Shown here in pieces: positions 1 to 12,900 of a stretch of DNA of 64,000 nt; the stretch's first letter is position 1, and every line of letters begins with the position of its first letter. The notes beneath the pieces were generated by a model. That model did not search any database. It was not told where the DNA came from and saw nothing but the letters and a program-made list of their open reading frames with translations. The DNA comes from Balanoglossus misakiensis (taxonomy: Eukaryota > Animalia > Hemichordata), in assembly GCA_040954595.2 (NCBI GenBank), contig CM082587.2:8313403-8377402 (forward strand), read 5' to 3'. A program made the position numbers and the translations under genes.

Positions 1-73
1 CAGTTGGAAGAAGCACAAGTTTCACCGAGCTAGTTTTTTTTTTTTTAATAACCACCCTAATAAGGAAATTAAA

Positions 74-158
74 CCCTTTCACCACCATGGTTCAGTCCAA
101 ACCCATTGTTTTCTGTGGTAAGGTTGGACCTATGACGAGGGAACTGGGGGTGAAAGGG
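74..158. mobile_element. piggyBac-like MITE (~85 bp), copy 1
   Basis: TIRs CCCTTTCACC...GGTGAAAGGG, left flank TTAAA and right flank TTAA; near-identical copy at 61011-61094. Confidence 0.75.
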
Positions 159-2689
159 TTAAAATGCCATCTTTCCAACAACAACAAAAACATGGTTTGT
201 TAACATTCTCCAATAGTCAGGCTACAAAGATTTTTTTTCGCTAATCTATTGCTATGGAAACCAACCATCATATATTTTGCTTGCCTCTTGGTGCTGTTGC
301 AAGACTTAGTGCACGTGCAGCTATTTTTGCCTCTGAAAATCTAATATATAAAAGAATGACTACTAAGAGTAAATGGTGGTATACGAAAGGACTTGGTCTA
401 AATTGTATTAGACTTTTATTGTTTTTAACTGTTCTGTAATGTTTCCTGTATGAAAACTAAAAAAATTCTTCAGGGTTTTTACCAACACCACTGCCACTAT
501 CAAGAGAAATAGCAGCTCTTGAGGGAGATTCTTTTATTGTATTTTTGTTACTGGTAACTAAAAATGCCATAACTGTCAGTGCAAGTGACGCTGAGGATGC
601 AGATGCACCTTTGCTGTCCTTTGATCCAAGCAATAACTGTACAGTGTTTTGTTCAGGAGTTTGTGAACAGCCATAGAATGGTGAAGAATAGGCAGAGGCA
701 GTTGGGACACATGATTTTATGGAAAGCAAGACAGACAGAGAGACTAGTACCAGGTAGACACAACAGACAGACCTATGTTGTAGGATTGATAAGTAGACAG
801 ACACGTAGATTGGTAGACAGACAATTGACAGGCATAAGACAGTAGAGACAGCAAAGCAAAAGTCAAGAATGTATAATTCTTGGGCAAACACACAAAAGTA
901 CATTTCTGTGAGTAGATGTAGTGCTGTTTTCCATTGAACACATGCAACAGCATGCACAAGACAGGTGGACCAATATTAGTACATTTATGTGATAGTGTAA
1001 AACACAGTTGAATTCGTTATGTTTCTGTTATGATATATTGACTGTGATATTTGTTGTGTATGTTGTAGTTACGTACATGTATTTGATATCATAACTATAG
1101 TGGTTGTTCTCAATTGACATTTTATATTGTTCATGAAAGCTTTTTGTTATTACCATCCTTGTCGATATATTTTGATAACAAAGTTGTTCTTCCAGTGTTT
1201 TTTGTTGTATTTCTTCATCAGAAAGTCAGTCACTGTCAAAACAAGCCAATCATTGTCAGAACAAATCATGGTTATGTGCAGCACATTGCTGATTCAACAG
1301 TATTCTCTTCGAATCAAAATTTGAAGAACTAGAATAAATACTGCCATTGCTTTGCCAATTACTTAGTATACTGCTTTGTGTGTGGGGAGAATACATACAC
1401 TGCGCTGTTGTACACATTGTGATCGGCTGCACATGGATGACGTCTGATGCAGTGTGTTTACTCAGTATCCCTACCTTATTGGTGTATTTGTAACAACATC
1501 TTCTGTGGTATTTTTGAACAGTTTTTATTTCCATTCACCCAAGCCGTACAGTTCTGTGGAATATATGTTTGAATGATTGAATGACAAACACTTGCTTGAT
1601 AGGCACTCTTCTGCTCACAGATGAAATACTTTGCAACCAGACTTCTGACATGAACATTACTAGTATGTCAGTGTGAATGCTGTATTCTATTATTACAGTG
1701 TTTACATGTGATTTCAATCACTGATCAGTGCATTATTCTAAGTGTGTGCCAGACACTTTTGTAAGAGTGTAAATATATAAACAATACATGCAGAATGGCC
1801 CTTGCATGTTTTTTTTTGTGTTTATCATAATGATAATTATGAAGTCCAAATTCTGTTTTCTCATTCAAACTACACATATTTATAACGGAAATTTAGTTTC
1901 TAGAGTGACACCTATGTATGTTGTGTTTGCATTAATGTTTTTCTTCTGTGAACAGACAGTGCCTGGATTGAAAGACTTGGTATTGTGCCCGTGCTCAAGC
2001 CGCCTAGCAATCGTCCATATTGCTTTGTTGCAGCGTTTGACCAGTTTTGTCAATCTGTTTTATTGTGGTTTTATTAATAAACCAAATATGGGAGGTTTAC
2101 TTTTATATATGTCTACTTGCATCAATGCTTTGTTTCACAGTGCTGTACATACATTTTTTTATAAAGATTAAAATCTTCCTTCAAAGAAATTGATGACTCA
2201 AACCCCATTCCAACCCTGAGCCCACACAAAACTATTACAACAGACCACAATCAGTTCAAAGGAAATACTGTTGTTAACATGTACGAATTAGGGAATTTAT
2301 TAGTCAATAGGGTACATGTGTTGGTGGCATTGACTATAAAATGTCACAACAAGGTAAACATCTCATAAAAGGTAGCATGAGTACACTATTAAGTAAAAAA
2401 ATACCTGGTCAGTGAATATCTCGATAATTTCTTCTAGATTTTGGTATTTTCCCATTGTTTTCACAATCACAATGTTTAAATGGCTGAGATTATTTCTGCA
2501 GACATGGCCCCATTGAACAATCATCTTTATATTGCCACTTGGCTTGGTCGGTTGTAACCAGGTTAGCTTCAGACAGTTCCCAGGTAATATCACAAAAGTA
2601 AAATATTCTATAAAAATATGTATTTCTTGAGTTAAAAGTTCTTAACTGTTGACTCTCAGAAAAAATTAACATCTTGTGCATTTCAATGA

Positions 2690-4333
2690 CCGGATGACCT
2701 CATCATGGTAATTTATTGATTTTCATGATCTCCGAGTCTCTGTGGGATTTGTAGGGTCCTACATTGTATTTTGTTTGATGTACATACCACAAGGGAAATC
2801 ATTTAGTTTGTTGGGTCAAGCACAGTGATCTATTCAGGGATTTGATAGTCGGTCAGCCTTTTTTTTTCTTTTGGTGAACTCTACCTACCGCCTGACCTCC
2901 TACCTTGCCTTACTAGAAAAGGGGAGAAAGTTGGCTGGCCTTGCTCTCGCTGGATAACGAAATCACGGCAAGTGATTTTCAAATGTACCCCATATATAGT
3001 TTTCAGTTGTTTCTATTGTGCTATTGACGATCAACAGTGTTGAAATTACCAACCACAAAGTCTACATTTGGAAGAAGATTTTAAATCAGTGCACGTTACA
3101 TGTACTTCAGATGTGACTGCTTTGAAAATAGTGTGCATGTTATTGTCATCTTCTACGTTAAAGTTCTTGATTTCTGATCTTCTTGCGAAGGGCGTCTTCT
3201 CTTCTTTTTGCATTCCTTTTTTCACGTCTTTCTTGTTCCAGCTTGACAAGGAGTTCCTCTCGATCCATATCACTTGCTCTCTTTTTTTTCAAGGATTTCA
3301 CTGTCCCCGTGTCCCTATGTCCTTTTTTCATTGACTGGACATTTTGCCTAAGCGTTGCACATTCTTTGCATTGACTGCCTTTCCTGGTGGCCATACAAAG
3401 CAGCATCCTGCAGTTAACTGACCGGTGTCTTAATTCTTGGCCATTCACTGTTTCCCAATTCTCTGTTTTTCCAGTTGTAACTCCCGTCCGAGTTTTTGTT
3501 TCTTTAGCTATGGCTGCTTTGAAACCAGGGCAAAGATCCGCAAATGCCAGGACAAGGAAGATGTACTCTATCTCCCTCGTGGAGGTGGGCCATGAAGTGG
3601 GTAGGTTGAGATGAGTCGCTGGTACTGGTTTGTTGAGCACCGTCAGTGTCCAGCTCCAATCTTCATTCACTGTGATCTGCCTCATTACCCTGTGACCATT
3701 ACATTGATCTTCATTAAGAAGAATGAACTCAGCCCGGTCGCTCCTGGAATGATTTTTCCATCCATGATGGTTTGGTACAAGTTCAACTAACTCCTGCCAA
3801 GTTAGGTCTTCATTTGCTGTGCCTTGCCTTTGGATGATATTTTTGTACACACGGCTGAGAGTAATGTCAAGGTTCAACAAATAATAGATCAGAAAGCTGA
3901 AACTGACACGGGATATTTTTGACAATTTCATGCTTGCACATATACTGTTTGAGCCTTCTGTGACAGCAATGATCAATACCGTTAAATTCATACATACATG
4001 AAGGTTGCTACTACCTCCCTACACAGACCAACACACATCAGTCAAAACATAAACAAAACAATAGTGAAATTATTGTACTGACTCCATACTTGGGTTTAAA
4101 GCGCCCAGCTTGTCTCCCACGCATGAGCATAACTTCCCATCACGACAGTTTTCCCTGTGTATAGCCAGCAAATGTTCAGCAAATTTTCTGTTCGATGCAT
4201 TCAAATAGTGGACCGCCTTCGCTTCCTTCCATATTTCATGCGCACCGTATAAGTAGATTCTGGTTTTGCCCCTCCTTTTCACCCAAGCTGGTGTCTTTTC
4301 ACGATCTCCGACACAGATTATGGTCGCCGCCAT
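2690..4333 (-). pseudogene. Decayed spliced transposase-like gene, N-terminal half resembling P-element/THAP9-like transposases
   Basis: ORF 4333-4070 has RIYLYGAHEIWKE...SNRKFAEHLLAIH. ORF 3991-3158 has LCPGF...HRSVNCRMLLC...CKECATLR followed by a coiled coil, then a frameshift near 3175 into EIKNFNVEDDNNMHTIF. A further exon at ~2757-2690 reads DPTNPTETRRS*KSINYHDEVIR (in-frame stop; resembles the RWHPxxIR motif). Family assignment is from memory. Confidence 0.45.
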
Positions 4334-5337
4334 CTTCTCTGTTGTTAGGACAGAGCACTGCCCTATGGGATTGACTGTTCACTAAACGTCTGTAACCAGC
4401 GGTTACAGCTGGAACATGCGTGTGAGACGAGCTAGGCGCTTTAAGTAAATAGTAGTTTCCACTACCCTAGGTAAATCACAGAGGTTACAAATGATAATTA
4501 ATGATAATTATCATCGCTTCATCAAATGATGAATTTTAAAGGATACATTTGTTTCTGTCGCCAAACTAGGCCATTTTTAACTCCAGGAATAAGCCTTTGC
4601 AGCAAACGTCCGAACAGGGTGTGATGCATAACGTTTTCAGGCTCAGCACTTTGCTGGACATAAAGTTTATACAAGTCCTGTGTTGTAATCCATCCATCAC
4701 CTCTCTCATAGTTTTCATTGATCCTGAAAAAAAGTGGATAGGTAACAATTGCCCTTTGTCTGTACTGTACAATAGCCTTTTGTCAGTAGTTTACAGTTTG
4801 TTTATGTAAATAAACCAAACAGGTGAGCCACTGTGTAGCTCTCCCACATTTTGTGTATGAACCAATAAAAAACTGCAAGACATGAAGTTCAGATACAGAC
4901 TTGAGCAGGTCACGCGAATGGGTTCGCATTGCTGCCAAGATCTGAGTTAAAATTAAAACGTATTGGCATATTTTAGCGACTAAAAACCACAGTCCCATGA
5001 GGCTTGTTTCTGGTTATTAGGCCAGCGCCGTGTAAACAAACAACCCTCATATGCGACTGTGCTAAAAAAAAACACACACGCTGCACCACATACATGTACA
5101 TTCGCGATGATAGACTTGCATGGACTGTCATAAACGGTACTCACCACCTCATTGCATTGGATACTTTCACGGTATCTGTACTACTGCCACAATTGTTCAC
5201 CATACAGATCGTGCCTTGAGGCGTGACATACCAGTGTTGCTCCTCCATACTCGTGTATGTCATAACATTTAGAACTACTTGTGCAGTTGGCGTTGCTGCC
5301 GCTGGGACCCTACACACGCGATTGTGCTATACCTTGG

Positions 5338-5660
5338 GCCAAGCTTGGCCGAATGTTAAATGAAGCTTGGCGTCAAAGCTTGGTACAAGAGTTTGCGTGC
5401 CGACCTTTGCCGGAGCTTTTGACAACAAAGATTTGTCAAACCTTGAGTGTACCGACCTTCGTTGAAGATTTTGACAGCCAAGCTTAGCCGAACCTTGTGT
5501 TTGCCGACGTTTGCCGAAGATTTTGCGATCCAAGCTTAGCCGAACCTTTGGTGTACTGATCTTCGCTGAAGATTTTGACATCCAAAGCATAGCCGAACCT
5601 TTGGCCTTCCAATCTTTGTGAAAGCTTAACAATTACCAAGCTTCGGCAAAGGTTGTATTT
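5338..5660. repeat. Left subterminal repeat array of the transposon (CCAAGCTT(G/A)GCCGAACCTT-like motif)
   Basis: About 8 degenerate copies of an AAGCTT-cored motif in both orientations just inside the TIR, typical of CACTA subterminal binding-site arrays. Confidence 0.75.
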
Positions 5661-6519
5661 GTTCTGGGGCTGTGACCTGGCGTTTGACCTCGGGTCAAAT
5701 GTATTTATGCTTGTTCTAGGGAGTCTATTTTTCGCTCAGTTTATGAAGTCAATTCTGCTGCCACATTTTTGAAAAGTGTAAAAGTTTCAACATTCTTCCA
5801 TTACGTCCGGAGATATGACCAAAGAATTGACCAAACAAGCTTGTGATTGTGTTCATTCCCTGTATGTTTGAAAAAAAGGCAGCCGAATTGACCCCTCACA
5901 ATCCTGCTTAGTTTACCTCGAATCAGCCGACCCAGTGTATGTGTGTGATGCATTGACCATTGTAATCGTACAGTCTGATTCGAGACGGTGTACCTGTTTA
6001 CCATATTACACTTGTCTGCACATTACTTGGAAACTTTCACCACAAAAGAAACAGCAGGTAGGTAGATGGTTTGTAATATTGCCGGCCTGAGGTATGTAAG
6101 TTTTTCACCGATTCAGATTTAGATATGCACAGTTGACAATAGTATGCAAATCCTCATCTTGGCCCCCTACTCAGATGGAAATGAAAACTTTAAACGTGCA
6201 GACAGTAAATAAGGAAACAAGTACATTTAAAGCAGAAATGTTACAATAAACTGAGCTTACCTTGGTGTATGTAGATCAAAGTACACATAGCCATGATGTA
6301 AACTGTAGTGTAACTTTATTCAACATTATCAATTCGTACGGTATCTGTGAAGAAAATCAGTAAAATATTGTTATAATAAATGTAGATAAATATAAACATT
6401 GTATTTACTAAAATTAACCCAATTAATAAAGCGATAAAACCAGATAATTAATTGAAAACTGAATAATATCATAGAAAGTAGAAATTTAATGGTTAAAAAA
6501 TTTAAGGTAATTCAAACGC

Positions 6520-9500
6520 CTATTCTTCCCCAAGAAATGCCCGTCTCCTTCTTTCATCCCTCTCCATCCAATAATCCCACTTCCCTTCCCTCCCATCCTC
6601 TAAACAACGCTTGTAATAAGCGTCGAAATTGATCCAGTAGTTGTTTGATTCCTTTAGGGCCCTTGTACCAATACAGCCGAATAGAATTTTCTGGTGTGCA
6701 TAGGCTCTCTGGAACAAATATATATGAGGTAAGTAAGATGGTGAATACAACATTGTCTTAAATTTTTACATTTTCTCATTACAGGTTTGGTTGGATTGAT
6801 GTACACTCTACTTGGTATTCAGAAGAAATAGCATGATGTTCGACCAAGTTACAGTACTAAACAAGAGCAAAAAGTATGACTGCAGCCTCTGAAGGAACTT
6901 TATTTTTTGTTGATTTTTTGATTATTAACGTCAACAAATATTGGGTTCTTATTGAGGTTTACAGTCACATACATCGATTTGAAGATCTACTACACAGATG
7001 ATGATACACATGTATGTATACAAACTAAATGGGTTATACATATAATGTTGTTTATAAGTAAAACACAGTGAACATTAGCTTGGATTAAGAAAGGAAACAC
7101 CTGGCATCAATTTCATCACCTTTTAGATTTAATATATTAAAAACTTATAAATTATACTGAATTCCCACATTAAAGGTATACAGTCGCCTCCAATTTACAT
7201 ACGTCCACATATGGCTGAAATGGCATATTTGGGCGTTCGAAAGAACATATGGCGGCGCTCTTTATTTCACGTGTGACACCCACTGAAAATCAGTGATTAG
7301 CTAGATCTCATTTTGCCATGGTAACTATATTATAGCTGATTTTCAATGGGTGACGGTATACCTTTAACATGAAATCAACTCCATAAAAGTGAAGAAGCAT
7401 AAGTGTCCTATCGGCAAATGTTAAAAAAAAAATACTTGTGTTTATAAGGAAAAATTTTTTAATCCAACCACCAGCAAATTCAAATTTTATGTTTTTTAGG
7501 TTGAAGTTTTATGGTTTCTATGGTTGAAATAAAGGGTTTCTATGGTATATCCCTGTTGAGTATTTAACAAATGTATGTAGTATTGCATGTATTAATTATG
7601 GTGATTTAGATGAAAATATTGACAAAATCAAATGTGGTACTAACCATCATTAGAGTCTTATTGAGCATGCCTTCCAGGTTGACATCCCCAACTTGGAAGT
7701 AGGGCCTCCACAGCATTTTGTTCAGTTCCTTTATTGGAACACCTCTGTTGCTTTGAGTTCTTAGGAGCTGTATAGATAAAAAAGACGAATGAACCATGTA
7801 GACTCGAACATAAAGTCTGCAAGTATGAACATGATTCATGTGTTAATATGTATAAGAATTTGTGTGTTATTTGTGTTCACACATTGTACTTACCTTGGCC
7901 CTTACATCTCCTCGCCAATCAGTAAACTTTTTGAGGGCATATGCAATCATTTTCTGAATGTTTGAGGATGTCGCCTGGCCAAATTCAGAAATCAATAGAT
8001 TTTTAATTTTGTCCTTGAAAAAAAAAATGAATAATATATAAGTTTGAAATATTGCTGATATTGGGTTTTGTGAACTTGTTAAATTTGCTGTTACTTAGAC
8101 TCAATTAATCTCTATATAGGAACTTCCTCACGTATAAGAGTTATTTGTACATAAAATATTTCATGCAAAAATCCTAATGCAGGCATACAGAATTACCATG
8201 CTTTCATATTCATTTTAAAGGGTTGTACCTTTGTGTAATGAAATTAAGGCTTTATTATGAGTATATTAAACTAAATATGATAATAATGATGATAAATAAA
8301 CCATATTTTTACATGAGCACTGTTGGATGATAGTTCATTAACTTATACTTGCCATGAATTCTGGAGGTAAGTTATCATTACCAGTATAAAGATAGGTATT
8401 CCTTGTGAACAGATCTTTCAAATAACATAGGTATTCATGCTGTGAAAAAAATCATAACAGTTTTTTTTTTTTTAATCTACCATTCTGTATTCATATTTTA
8501 CAGAAAAAGAACAGAGAGCAGGTGACAGACCATTTGCTCAATGTCATGAAGGCAAATAGTTTTCCGAGAACACATAGTCCAATACTTGGGCTCTAATTGT
8601 CTTAACACATCCTACCTACCTCATACATTTAATATTATAACATGATATTAATTATATGGGGCCATTTTACCTTGCATTTGGCTCTCTCTATCTTCCATTC
8701 TGCTTTGCCCTGTTCTTCTAATCTCTCAACTCTTCGTTTTAGTTGTTTCAATTCTTTTAAAATCTCTTTCAGCATGATGTTGTTTTCTTTTGTCAGCTGA
8801 ACTGTTGTAACACACATTCAAGAGACATTTATTATACACTACATTTATGTAAAAAAAAAATATGGAAATAGTTTTTTGATGCAAAGCCTTGAATTTACAG
8901 ATTTTGGAAATGGAATGTTATAATTTTTAAACTTAAACATGCATTAAGGAAAAATTGTATAAAAAACGGTTATGAGCCAGGTAACAACCTGCATCGATGT
9001 CACTGCTTTCTGTCACTGCGTGTACATTGTTAGCTTCCTGGTTGCTCTCTTGAGAATCCTGTCAATAAAAGGTAATCGCTAAGAATACCCGTTTGAGGCA
9101 ACTGAAAACAAATACCGGTATTAAGCATAACCAATACATATGAGGGCGTACGGACGTCTTTGATAGCGTATTAAATCCATAATCGTTTGGGTGTTTTTTT
9201 ACATGCAAAGAAAAGTTTAACCTTTATACGTGTCGCCTTGAATACTGTAAAACGGGTTATTTTTGGAAAGCTTTCGAAATGGCTTTGATTGTTTACACTT
9301 ATATGAGAACGCTGACATGGAAGTGCTCTGACCTGGTAACCTTACACCCATTCATATTTAAATTGCATACATTTCATTCACCAAAACAAAGAAACCCGCA
9401 CTGAGCCGAGTGCCGACACGGGTTGACATGACCCTGTAACCTTATACCCATTCACATGTAAATTAGTTCATTCATAAAAATCAAAACAAAAAACAACAGA

Positions 9501-9698
9501 GCATCTGAATCGTTCGTATGCCTTATCCTTTACCCCCAATTTTTTTTTTGAATACAGTATGATTTAGTAACCATGACACATTCCCGACAAATGCTTTTGG
9601 GCCATCATTCTTTCTTTAAATTGAATTTTGAACAAATACACACTTACGTCAAATAAATCCTCATTGCTTTCAGTCCCATCGCGTTCGAGTTCCGCCAT
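6520..9698 (-). CDS. Transposon accessory protein, 7 exons, ~256 aa: acidic N-terminus, coiled coil, helical C-terminal domain; function unknown
   Basis: Exons 9698-9648, 9058-8989, 8801-8671, 8439-8353 (GC donor GCAAGT), 8013-7894, 7767-7645, 6708-6520. All phases join into one stop-free frame, MAELERDG...LKEILKELKQLKRRVERLEE...RRRRAFLGEE*. Confidence 0.75.
7174..7363. mobile_element. Kolobok-like MITE in the last intron of the accessory gene
   Basis: TTAA|AGGTATACAGTCGCC ... GGTGACGGTATACCT|TTAA. Confidence 0.75.
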
Positions 9699-9965
9699 CG
9701 CCTATGTAGGTTATTGTAACAAATACTGTTAAGAATATAATGAACCAACTTCGTGCACGATTGTTGACAAAGCGCAAGATGTACATGAGAGTCTTTGGTT
9801 TACACGGAAATGTCATGAACTGGCTGGATACGTGCAGTTTGTATGTTACTGTGCGCGTGAGCGCGTGAGCTCGTGAGATTGTCGTCTGCTGTAATTTGAT
9901 TGCTTAATATTATAGTGACGTATTGAAAGCTGGTTGGTTGATGCACGAAGCAGACGAGACCAGAG
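9699..9965. promoter_or_regulatory. Putative bidirectional promoter of the two transposon genes
   Basis: Only 267 bp separate the two divergent ATGs; locally CpG-richer (TGTGCGCGTGAGCGCGTGAG). Confidence 0.5.
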
Positions 9966-12900
9966 ATGGCAGAAAGTATGGGTCAGGATCGTATTTTCAG
10001 CTGCAAAACCTGTCAGTACAAAACCTTTCGAGATTCCAACTACCGGCGACACGTACAGAGTAAAAGGCATCGAACCCTATGTGCGTTAGATAAGTGGCAG
10101 GTTACAGGGACAGCGACACCAACGTCAAAATTTTCTGATTCATTCATTTGTGACGACCGTAATGAAAGTGCGGATAATTTTTGCACTTTCACTGAGGCGG
10201 AAAGTATCGAAAACCACAATTCCGACACTGAAACAGACGACGATGGCTTGGTAGAATTAAGCGATAGAAATTGGTATCCTTTTCCAAGCAAGATTTTCTT
10301 TTTGTTATATACATTATGCCATTCTGGACCAAGACCGATGGTAAGCAGTTTATATTATACATTGTACAATTGTACTGAAACTTTTCTTGGTTGCATTTTT
10401 GCTGTTATTGTTTTTGCAAGTTAAATACCGAAAAATACATAATTTTTTTAACTATTTTTCTTATTAAATTTATTATTATACAATTACAGTCTCGGGAAAC
10501 AAGGAAATTTGTATGGTACATCCTCCATGAGCTAAACGTTCCAAATGTACCATCGATGGAATCGGTCATGAGTTTTGCCATTCCTGGATTCAATGAAGAA
10601 CTTGTTGGCCAGGTACATATTTAATCATACGATTTGTTAAACATTTGTAAATTTAAAAAAAAAATCACTTTTAAAGCAAAAGTATACTCGTAAATTATCA
10701 TTTTATGGCAACCACTTTAAATGTAATTTAAACAAATGAGACAAGAATCTGTATAGCAAGTTCATTTTTATTTTTATTTTAATCCTTTAGGCAAATACAT
10801 CTGATGGGACACCTTTCTCTTTCATCAAACCATCCGTTTTAATCAAACTCCTCTTAGGGAATCCTAAAATTGCAGCATGCGTGGATAGGTAAGGTATAAT
10901 ATTGATCGTTTCATATCATAATACAAGAAGCACGGTATCAAAAACATTTTAAACCATCACATGTACATATTTTTATTGGTGTTAAAATATAACTTCTACT
11001 TTTGTCACAAAATTTCAAAAGCTTCATGTAGTCACTCATAGGAAGCACTCTTAAAGGGACAAAGCCTCTCTCTCTCGCCGTCTTTTTTCCATAATTATGT
11101 TTGATACAAGACACCATTTACTAGTATGTTATTCTCCAGGTGTTATATTGTGAATCAATGCTCGACCACACTCAACTTCCATTCCACTTGTAGATACAAA
11201 AGTGAAATACTCGCCAAAATGAATAATCGGTTTTTACCATTTATTCATTTTGACGAGACTTTTCTCTCATATTCTACAAAAGCGACAGAGGCTTTGTCCC
11301 TTAATAAGGTGCATTCAGTTTCAAACAAACCCATCTAAAGTAAAAAAAAAGATACAGCTAGTGGGGATGTAAGGTCTAGGAATTCTCTTACAAATACTAT
11401 ATGAAAGAAACCCCAACAATCTGTATACCTGGCATTGAAAAGCCTATACATTTGTCCACTAAATTAACTAGTCGATCCTGGTTTTGATGTTGTATAGATT
11501 TCCAGTGGTGACTGACAAAATCTATGAACAATGTGAAGGACAGAAGTGGGTGGAAGATATTCCAGCACCATATTGGAAGGGGATGTTTGCTGGAGACAGT
11601 GTGTTATTAATGAATGGAGAAACTGTAATAATCAAGTCATTCTTAAGAGAGGTATGAATATGTCCCCTTCTAGGATCTAGTGATATGAAATTTTCAACTG
11701 CTCTAATCCAGGAAAGATAAACATCACACATTACATTTGAAAAAAATACATATCATTTTAAAACATTATTCATGAATTAAACACTACATATTTAAATAAC
11801 AGTAAGTGTAATAATTTGATGATTTAATACAAAATCTTACCACAGAAAATTTAACACATAACATTCAAATCTCATATCTACTTGTAACAGGTCGGTCATA
11901 ATGAAGCTGGTACCTTTAGAAAGATGACAGCTGAGGTACAGAGTGTATTGCTACCTGGTGATGAGCACCTCAACCCATTCAGGGATCTGCTTCATGAAAG
12001 GTACTCTCCTTGGGACACTATTTTAATATCGTTCATCTTTCAATTTACCTAAAGGGACAGTCTCTCTCTCGCTGCATTTTTTCCAATACTTATGTTTGAT
12101 ACAAGACACTGCTTATGTTATTCTACATGCTGATATATAGTGAATCAACGTTCAACCACACACACCTTCAAATCTGCTTGTAGACACAAGAGTGAAAAAC
12201 TCGCCATAATGAAAGTATGGGTCAGGATCGTATTTTCAGCTGCAAAACCTGTCAGTACAAAACCTTTCGAGATTCCAACTACCGGCGACACGTACAGAGT
12301 AAAAGGCATCGAACCCTATGTGCGTTAGATAAGTGGCAGGTTACAGGGACAGCGACACCAACGTCAAAATTTCCTGAACCATTCATTTGTGACCGTAATG
12401 AAAGTGCGGATAATTTTTGCACTTTCACTGAGGCGGAAAGTATCGAAAACCACAATTAAAGGGACAAAGTCTCTTTCTCGCTGCCATTTTCCCATTAATT
12501 ATGTTTGATACAAGACACCATTTATGTTATTCTACATGTGGATTTATAGTGAATCAATGTTGGACAACACGCAACTTCCATCCCACTTGTAGACACGAGT
12601 GAAAAACTCGCCAAAATGAATAATCGGTGTTTACCGTTTATTCATTTTGGCGAGATTTTTACTCTCGTATCCTACAAACGGGATGGAAGTTGTGTGTGGA
12701 TGAACGTTGATTCACTATATATCCACATGTAGAATAATATAAACAGTGTCTTGTATCAAACATATTTAATGGAAAAAAGGGCAACGAGAGAGAGACTTTG
12801 TCCCTTTAAAAATCAATACGTACAAGTCTGGATTTTTCTTTCAAAAACTTAAAATTAAATATTGAACTCATTAGAACACATGCCTTTGTCAAGTGTACAG

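Noticed and set aside
457-957. 166-aa minus-strand ORF and overlapping ORFs
   Set aside because: Mostly a degenerate (GACA/TAGA)n low-complexity tract; no domain or splice support.
4535-4600. TTAA-AGGATACA possible Kolobok end
   Set aside because: No matching inverted end found in the window.
5308-5312. Alternative transposon boundary CCCTA.../...TAGAG (CACTA-like)
   Set aside because: It gives no TSD. The CACACGCG boundary gives TA/TA and restores a plausible empty site, though TA is self-complementary so the ends remain slightly ambiguous.
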